A DNA stretch of 64,000 nt from an uncultured Clostridia bacterium (lineage in GTDB: Bacteria > Bacillota > Clostridia > Christensenellales > UBA1242), in NCBI GenBank assembly GCA_947626955.1, contig CANQUB010000001.1, forward strand, positions 10,748 to 74,747. Direction: 5' to 3'. Both the position numbers and the translations under genes were made by a program. The notes beneath the pieces were generated by a model, which saw nothing but the letters and a program-made list of their open reading frames with translations, ran no database searches and was not told the origin of the DNA. Each line of letters opens with the position of its first letter. The stretch's first letter is position 1. This document shows, one piece after another, positions 58,166-64,000 of the stretch.

Positions 58166-58858
58166 TTAGTGGCCAGGAATGAGGTCGAGCATGTCCTGAA
58201 GCTGGTTGCTTTTAAGGTAGGTTTCAGGAATATCGCCCACAATCAAATTCTCACACACCAAAACTTCATTGCTCAAATTAATGGCAATGGTTTTAAACGG
58301 CAAAACCAAGTTTACAACGGTGTCCACCGACACATAGATCTTGTGCTGCGTTTGGTTGACCCCAGCGCTTATGAACTGGCTCAAAAACTTGCACCCCACT
58401 TCGCCGTATGGGAAAATTTCAACTTCGATGGGCGGCCCCAGCCCCGAGAAAAGTGAGATACCCGTAAAAGCTCCGAGCGGTATGTGTATTGGCGTTCGTG
58501 CTATTTCCATTAAGTGCGATAGCGTAATTCTTTCTATCATCATGCTTATATTGTTTATCTTAACAGTGTTTGCCTGAATCATGCTAATCTTGCCCGAACT
58601 ATCGGTCACAATGTTTACAAGATCGTCGTATGTAATGTGCTGATTCATGGCCTCGGTTATGGCAAAGTTCATCGACTGCGTGGCGTGAACTTTTATTTGT
58701 GCCTCGCTTGTGTGAATAATAAGCGGTGTCACAAGAAATTTTATATACAAAACAAAAAACGCAAAAATTGCCGCCACAATGGTGAAAAACAGCACAATTT
58801 TGCGTTTTGTGTGAGGTTTTTTGTTTTTGGTGCTGTAAAAGCTATAATTCATAATCAA
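58166..58858 (-). CDS. yunB: sporulation protein YunB
   Basis: 230 aa with an N-terminal TM and a YunB-like pattern (VTDSSGKISMIQANT.. IHIPLGAFTG..FSGLGP). Confidence 0.7.
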   Translation of the reverse strand: MIMNYSFYSTKNKKPHTKRKIVLFFTIVAAIFAFFVLYIKFLVTPLIIHTSEAQIKVHATQSMNFAITEAMNQHITYDDLVNIVTDSSGKISMIQANTVKINNISMMIERITLSHLMEIARTPIHIPLGAFTGISLFSGLGPPIEVEIFPYGEVGCKFLSQFISAGVNQTQHKIYVSVDTVVNLVLPFKTIAINLSNEVLVCENLIVGDIPETYLKSNQLQDMLDLIPGH

Positions 58859-58887
58859 TTATATGCTTTTTGAGCATCAATTATAAT

Positions 58888-59262
58888 TTAGTCTTTTTTA
58901 GTTCTTGAACTGACGAAGAATGACACAAGATAGCTAAAACCAATGGATATTGCAATGCCTGCACTGGTGGCAATCAGCCCACCCGAAAGAGCTCCGAAGA
59001 ACCCATCAGTTTTGGCTGCCGAAATGGCCCCATTTGCAAGAGCGTTGCCAAAGCCTATAATTGGCAGCGTTGCACCTGCCCCCGCCCAGTCGACAACGTA
59101 GTTATATAGTCCAAAGCCGCCAAGAATTGCCCCAACCATCAAGAAGATAACCAATATCCTTGCCGGGGTTATCTTTGTGCGAATGACTATAAGTTGGGCC
59201 AGCATACATATGGTGCCGCCAACAAATATCACCTTTAAATACATGAGTAGTGCTTCTAACAT
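58888..59262 (-). CDS. spoVAE: stage V sporulation protein AE (SpoVAEB-type)
   Basis: 124 aa membrane protein: FVGGTICMLAQL..TPARILV..AGAGATLPIIGFGNAL. Confidence 0.85.
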   Translation of the reverse strand: MLEALLMYLKVIFVGGTICMLAQLIVIRTKITPARILVIFLMVGAILGGFGLYNYVVDWAGAGATLPIIGFGNALANGAISAAKTDGFFGALSGGLIATSAGIAISIGFSYLVSFFVSSRTKKD

Positions 59263-60272
59263 TGTACCCCTCCTTCAAACATCACTAGATGTGCAATGCA
59301 CGGAATGCTGTCCCCCTGCTGATTGGTGGTCGTGCTCATGAGCGCTCCGGTGGAGATCAGTAGCACCTTTTTAAATTCTCCCGTCTGCAACTTTTTTAGT
59401 ATGTACGAGTTAAAGACGCTGGCACTGCACCCCGCACCGCTGCCACCCTGCATGGTGTCCTGGTCGATGTTAAATATCATGTGGCCGCAGTCGATGTAGT
59501 TGGTCTCAAGGTCATATCCCTTTTCGGCCATAAGGTCTTTTAATATGTCCGAACCGAGCTTGCCAAGGTCTCCCGTGGCAATTAGGTCGTAATCTTCCTG
59601 GTTGGTGTTGGTCTCTTCAAAAAAGGTTGACAGCGTCTCCATGGCCGCCGGAGCCATAGCTGCACCCATGTTTGCAATGTCGGTTATTCCAAAGTCAGTC
59701 ACCCTGCCAATGGCGAACTTGGTTATTCGCACGCTGGACTTTTGCTTGGTGGAAATCACGCTGGCTCCAACCCCGGTCACCGTCCACTGCGCATAGGACT
59801 GACGCTGGTTGCCAAACTCAAGCGGGTATCTATACTGTCTTTCGGCCGCCGAAAAGTGGCTGCCAGTTGCACACAAAACATTACTTGGTCCGCCCGTCTC
59901 AAGAAAGGTTGACCCAACGATGAAGCTTTCGGTCATTGTGGCGCAGGCGTTATATAGTCCAAGAAAAGGCAACTGCAAATTCTCAGCAACATAGTTTGAG
60001 GAAACCAACTGATTCATAAGGTCGCCACCAACATACAAGTCAATGTCTTCTTTACTAAGCTCGGCACTGCGAATGACTGCCGATGTGGCTTTATAAAACA
60101 TTTTGCGTTCAGCCTTTTCAAAGGTCTTCTCGCCCATCTTGTCGTCGTTTTCGATGTCGTCAAAATAATTTTTCAGCGGACCCTCGCCCTCTTTGCGGCC
60201 GACAAGACCATAGCCAGCAATGATGCTAATTGGCTTGGAAAGTTCATATGTTTGCTTGCCTAGTTTCTTCAT
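59256..60272 (-). CDS. spoVAD: stage V sporulation protein AD
   Basis: 338 aa thiolase-like protein (GRKEGEGPL..; YNACATMTES). It lies between spoVAC and spoVAE. Confidence 0.9.
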   Translation of the reverse strand: MKKLGKQTYELSKPISIIAGYGLVGRKEGEGPLKNYFDDIENDDKMGEKTFEKAERKMFYKATSAVIRSAELSKEDIDLYVGGDLMNQLVSSNYVAENLQLPFLGLYNACATMTESFIVGSTFLETGGPSNVLCATGSHFSAAERQYRYPLEFGNQRQSYAQWTVTGVGASVISTKQKSSVRITKFAIGRVTDFGITDIANMGAAMAPAAMETLSTFFEETNTNQEDYDLIATGDLGKLGSDILKDLMAEKGYDLETNYIDCGHMIFNIDQDTMQGGSGAGCSASVFNSYILKKLQTGEFKKVLLISTGALMSTTTNQQGDSIPCIAHLVMFEGGVQC

Positions 60273-60280
60273 AACCCCTC

Positions 60281-60739
60281 CTATAGTAGCCCAATGATAA
60301 AATACACAATCCCAACGATGAGCGAATAGGCCACGCCGTTTACCAGCACTGGCCCCGCCACATAGAACATCTTTGCACCGACGCCAAACACCAGCCCTTC
60401 TTTCTTAAACTCGATGGCACAAGAAGCTATGGAGTTGGCAAAGCCAGATATTGGAATAAAAGTGCCCGCCCCGCCGAACTTTGCAATTCGGTCAAAACAA
60501 CCAAATGCCGTTAGAAGTATGGTCAAGGTGATTACGATGACATTTATCCATGAGCCAAGCGTCAATAGGTCGAGCATGGGAAAAAACGAGCGAATTATAT
60601 CCGAAAACATTTGCCCGAGGCAGCATATTGTTGCCCCCATCAAAAAGGCATGAAAAAGGGAGATTGCCCACCCTGCCTTTGGAGATTTCTTTTCGACATA
60701 TGCAATATATTCTTCATTTCGTGCTTGTTTATCTATCAT
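60281..60739 (-). CDS. spoVAC: stage V sporulation protein AC
   Basis: EYIAYVEKKSPK..FLMGATICCLGQ..IPISGFANS. The ATG at 60739 follows GGAGGG; the track start at 60784 is a TTG. Confidence 0.88.
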   Translation of the reverse strand: MIDKQARNEEYIAYVEKKSPKAGWAISLFHAFLMGATICCLGQMFSDIIRSFFPMLDLLTLGSWINVIVITLTILLTAFGCFDRIAKFGGAGTFIPISGFANSIASCAIEFKKEGLVFGVGAKMFYVAGPVLVNGVAYSLIVGIVYFIIGLL

Positions 60740-60857
60740 TATCCCTCCAACAAAAACTGCATTTTCGAATATAAATTTTGTCAAAACAGCCTTAAAATAT
60801 ACAAAAATTAAATATTTTTAATCAAAATTCAAATACTATTAAAAATTGGAGGATCAT

Positions 60858-62471
60858 ATGAAAAAGTTTATTTTGTTTATACTAGCACCATTTATGGGAG
60901 TTTGTTTGCTATTTGCCGGCTGTGCCAGCCAGTCGCAAAATGTGGCCAAAAGCCTTGACGACACTATAACCAACCTTATATATACTGTCAGCTCACTAGA
61001 CTGGGCCGACAGCGAAATATTACAAAATATATCTTCGGTGAAAAATAACCAAAACACAAACACCGACCTTAGCAAAATTCAAAATTCACAAAACGCAGCA
61101 AGCGAAGCCGAGATTGAAAACTTACAAAACCAAAAAATTCAAAATGACGCTAACACAAGGATAATGATGCGTAGAAAGGATCTTATGGATATGCGCGCAA
61201 GGTATCCTGAAAGCAATATGCAACCAATGGGCCAAACTGCAGTTCCTTACCAAAATGCAGCATTAGGTCAGGCACCTACTACATATCAAAATAGCACCAT
61301 TAACGCACAAAGCCAAGCCACAAACAACAGCAATCCACCTACCCGCCCTGCAAAGCTATCAAAAATGACTAGAAGCAATCTATACAACACAAAAAAACAA
61401 AATGTATCCCAAAGCATTGCACAGTCTAACTACTTGACAAGCCGCATTGCAGCCATAAATGCCGAAGCGGTTGCCTACAATACTTCAGCAATTGAGGAAA
61501 ATTCAAGCGAGGTGTATCAAAGAATATCCGACCTAATAAACAAGCGCGCCACCATCCTGGTTTACCTTAATCCACTTTACAACGGCACCGCTGAACTTAG
61601 CAAAGAAAACATAAGTGCTATAAACGCCTATATCAATATTATAAAGGATAACAATTCATATCTTAAAAGCAACAAAGGTATGGTCTCAAACCAGCTGTCG
61701 CAAGCAAACTCAGTAAAAAACAACAACGCATCTTCACCTATGATAAATGCATATATCATTAGGACTAACGAGGCGTTGCAAACAAGGCTTTCAAAGCTCG
61801 ACGCTGCACTAATGGCCATTGATGCAATAAGTGATATATTGTCAGCCTGCATCGACAATCCAATTCCACAAAACTACAATTTAAGCAATATGCAGCTTCC
61901 GCTTATTGATAATAACAAATTGAGCACCGATAATAAAAACGCAAATAATACCCAAGACCAGTGTGAAAATTGCGAAAAAATACCAAATATTGACAATAAT
62001 TCACAAAATGGCATCCAAAACAATGCAAATTTATCTCCCGAAAAAGAGCCAATTATAAGTGATAAAAATAGCGATATCGAAAAGTCACAAGAAACACCAC
62101 AAGCTCAAACAAAAGATATTGAAACCCCAAGGGAGCAAGTATCGCCATATATAAATTCTCAGCAAGACCTTCGTAATCCTGAACCTGAAGAAACAACTGA
62201 GCCCGATAATGAGATTACACAAAACGAACAAGGGCAAGAGAAAAAGCAAGACGATATGACAACTGAGAAGCAAACAAAGCTGATAGATGAAGGCAAAATT
62301 ACTTCCCCAAAACAGCTAAAGAATCAGTCGCCTAATCAAAATATAGAAAACCTCGACAAATTAGCCGAAGCTAGACAAACCTCGGTGGTAGCAAAAGACC
62401 ACTTTGAAACCCACCCTATGCCCGAGCCTAAATTTTTTAAAAGTGGCGCAACATCATTAAATATTCTATAA
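60858..62471 (+). CDS. N/Q-rich low-complexity lipoprotein
   Basis: Signal peptide plus lipobox MKKFILFILAPFMGVCLLFAGC. The rest is N/Q/S/T-rich with predicted helical stretches. The ATG at 60858 follows GGAGGA. Confidence 0.7.
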   Translation: MKKFILFILAPFMGVCLLFAGCASQSQNVAKSLDDTITNLIYTVSSLDWADSEILQNISSVKNNQNTNTDLSKIQNSQNAASEAEIENLQNQKIQNDANTRIMMRRKDLMDMRARYPESNMQPMGQTAVPYQNAALGQAPTTYQNSTINAQSQATNNSNPPTRPAKLSKMTRSNLYNTKKQNVSQSIAQSNYLTSRIAAINAEAVAYNTSAIEENSSEVYQRISDLINKRATILVYLNPLYNGTAELSKENISAINAYINIIKDNNSYLKSNKGMVSNQLSQANSVKNNNASSPMINAYIIRTNEALQTRLSKLDAALMAIDAISDILSACIDNPIPQNYNLSNMQLPLIDNNKLSTDNKNANNTQDQCENCEKIPNIDNNSQNGIQNNANLSPEKEPIISDKNSDIEKSQETPQAQTKDIETPREQVSPYINSQQDLRNPEPEETTEPDNEITQNEQGQEKKQDDMTTEKQTKLIDEGKITSPKQLKNQSPNQNIENLDKLAEARQTSVVAKDHFETHPMPEPKFFKSGATSLNIL

Positions 62472-62476
62472 ATTCA

Positions 62477-62509
62477 AAAACCGCATTTTCGATATGAATA
62501 TGCGGTTTT
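62477..62509. terminator. bidirectional terminator between the lipoprotein gene and sigF
   Basis: aaaaaccgcat pairs with atgcggtttt. It overlaps the sigF stop codon. Confidence 0.7.
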
Positions 62510-63248
62510 ATAATATCTTTTTTTTCAATTTTTCTATTATCCGGCTCTCAATTCTCGAAATTTGCACCTGACTGACCCCGCACATCTCGGCCACTTCACT
62601 TTGCGTTTTCCCTCTAAAATATCGCAAAATTAAAATTTGCTTCTCTCGTGATGGCAATTTGTTTATAGCGTCCTTAAGCAAAATTTTATCTATAAGTTGC
62701 TCGCTCTTATCGTCGGCAGCCACCCTGTCTAGCACCGACTGCGAGGACTGCGAGCTTTCGTCAAGTTGTGCATTCAGGCTAATAAGCTGCTGCGAGGAAT
62801 CCATGGCGTAGATGACGTCAGCCGGATCCACTTCAAACTTTTTTGCCAGTTCCTCAACAGTTGGCAGTTCCTTGTTTTGCTTTTTAAACTCATCCAAATA
62901 TGCCTTAATCTTTATCCACAGCGATTTTATTGCCCGTGACACTTTGATGTTTCCATCATCTCGCAAGAACCTTTTGATTTCTCCTGCCACCATGGGCACA
63001 GCATATGTAGAAAATTTTACAGCGAATGAGGGGTCAAAATTATTTATGGCCTTCAAAAAACCAACGCAGCCAATTTGGTAAAGGTCATCATAGTCGACGC
63101 CCTTATTTTGATAGCCACGCACTATCGACTTAATGAGCGGAAAGTTTCCTTCAATGAGCCTCTCCTTGGCTTGCTCGTCTCCGCTCTTGGCTTTTGCAAC
63201 AAGTTCGCATGTCTCTTCGGGTGAAAGCGGCTTAAACTCTTCCATCAT
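62508..63248 (-). CDS. sigF: sporulation sigma factor SigF
   Basis: 246 aa sigma-70 family protein with regions 2-4 (DDLYQIGCVGFLKAINNFD; SQSEVAEMCGVSQVQISRIE). It lies downstream of spoIIAA-spoIIAB. Confidence 0.92.
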   Translation of the reverse strand: MMEEFKPLSPEETCELVAKAKSGDEQAKERLIEGNFPLIKSIVRGYQNKGVDYDDLYQIGCVGFLKAINNFDPSFAVKFSTYAVPMVAGEIKRFLRDDGNIKVSRAIKSLWIKIKAYLDEFKKQNKELPTVEELAKKFEVDPADVIYAMDSSQQLISLNAQLDESSQSSQSVLDRVAADDKSEQLIDKILLKDAINKLPSREKQILILRYFRGKTQSEVAEMCGVSQVQISRIESRIIEKLKKKIL

Positions 63249-63254
63249 TTAGCC

Positions 63255-63695
63255 TCACGAGCGAATTTCCTTTTGCATTTCCACCGTAAGCCCTCCGCCC
63301 TCGGCGTTGTTGTACACATCCAGTTCGTCCATAAAAGATTCCATAAGTGTAAAGCCCATGCCCGACCTCTCCTCTTTGGACTTGGTGGTAAAAAATGGCT
63401 GCCGAGCTTTTTCAATATCCTTTATGCCAACGCCATGGTCGGTGATTTTGATAAATACAATGTTGTCCTTAATGCCCACAAATAATTCAATCTCACCTTT
63501 TCCTCCGCCATAGCCGTGCACAATGCAGTTGGTGACCGCCTCACTGACTGCCGTTTTTATGTCGTTTATTTCGCTTACCGACGGGTTGAGCTGAACACAA
63601 AATGTGGCCACCATGCTACGGGCGAACCCCTCGTTTATAAGTTTTGCATCAAATTTCAAACTAAATTTATTAAAATAATTTTCAATCTTTTCCAT
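63255..63695 (-). CDS. spoIIAB: anti-sigma F factor SpoIIAB (serine kinase)
   Basis: 146 aa with a GHKL ATPase N-box (AVSEAVTNCIVHGY) and G-boxes (DHGVGI, GMGFTLM). Confidence 0.92.
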   Translation of the reverse strand: MEKIENYFNKFSLKFDAKLINEGFARSMVATFCVQLNPSVSEINDIKTAVSEAVTNCIVHGYGGGKGEIELFVGIKDNIVFIKITDHGVGIKDIEKARQPFFTTKSKEERSGMGFTLMESFMDELDVYNNAEGGGLTVEMQKEIRS

Positions 63696-63703
63696 ACTCC
63701 CTC

Positions 63704-64000
63704 CTAGCCAATTTTTGGCATAATTTCATAAATTCCAGTCATTTTTAATATTCTATCCACATGATTTTGCGGATTTTTGATAAACATCGATATATCATTT
63801 TTGCTAAATTTGTTGTATCTACCAAGTAGCACGCCAATGCCAGTGCTGTCCATAAAACTGACGCCCGAAAAGTCCAAAATTAACGAAGCCGACTTCACAC
63901 AGGATATGTCTTTAAGTAGTGCATCTAGCGACAGGCGGACATATTCGGCTGTGCACTCGTCGAGCTCGCCATTGAGTTTTGCCGTCAATACATTGTCCTT
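63704..64000 (-). CDS. spoIIAA: anti-sigma F factor antagonist SpoIIAA (STAS), 5' end beyond the window
   Basis: STAS motif with the phosphorylatable Ser in SFMDSTGIGVLLGR. The reading frame stays open to position 64000. Confidence 0.85.
   Translation of the reverse strand, partial: KDNVLTAKLNGELDECTAEYVRLSLDALLKDISCVKSASLILDFSGVSFMDSTGIGVLLGRYNKFSKNDISMFIKNPQNHVDRILKMTGIYEIMPKIG

Overview
This is a chromosomal segment of an endospore-forming Firmicute (Clostridia/Bacilli-like, moderate GC). All calls rest on motifs I recognise by eye and on synteny; I ran no database or profile search.

Most of the window is housekeeping genes with Bacillus-like synteny, and almost all of them are on the minus strand:
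- rpsO-pnp-deacetylase-M16-ftsK-rimO-pgsA-cinA-recA-(hyp)-rny
- relA-recJ-secF-secD
- yajC-tgt-queA-ruvB-ruvA-ruvC
- yebC
- trmH-rplT-rpmI-infC-thrS-ytxC
- cmk, queH, argS, cadC-cadA, nifS-thiI
- yunB, spoVAC-AD-AE, spoIIAA-spoIIAB-sigF

Regulatory RNAs recognised are a Thr (ACC) T-box leader on thrS and an L20-type leader/attenuator ahead of infC, which starts on ATA.

The clear accessory region lies between the ygjP-like gene and serS.
- It is an AT-rich block of about 5.64 kb (about 4713-10372) with the gene repertoire of a filamentous (inovirus-like) prophage: a rolling-circle Rep, a Zot/pI-like ATPase, a pIII-like repeat protein, a coat-like small TM protein and several tiny TM proteins.
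- It has no integrase.
- It is bounded by an 18-bp direct repeat embedded in a family of about 21-bp arm motifs.
- One copy of that motif also sits on the promoter of the only tyrosine recombinase gene in the window (XerS/XerC-like, 12563-13609).

Second-tier observations:
- A three-copy family of about 125-nt imperfect-palindromic elements with compensatory changes. Two of them abut the stop codons of rnhA and yebC directly, and the third lies 7 nt beyond the yebC-proximal copy.
- A hairpin + GTCGCTCGC motif family.
- A 495-aa internally repetitive orphan protein inserted between yebC and ruvC.
- A membrane-tethered PadR regulator.
- A membrane-anchored Mrr-type nuclease.
- An N/Q-rich lipoprotein splitting sigF from spoVAC.

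I saw no tRNA, rRNA, CRISPR array or transposase.
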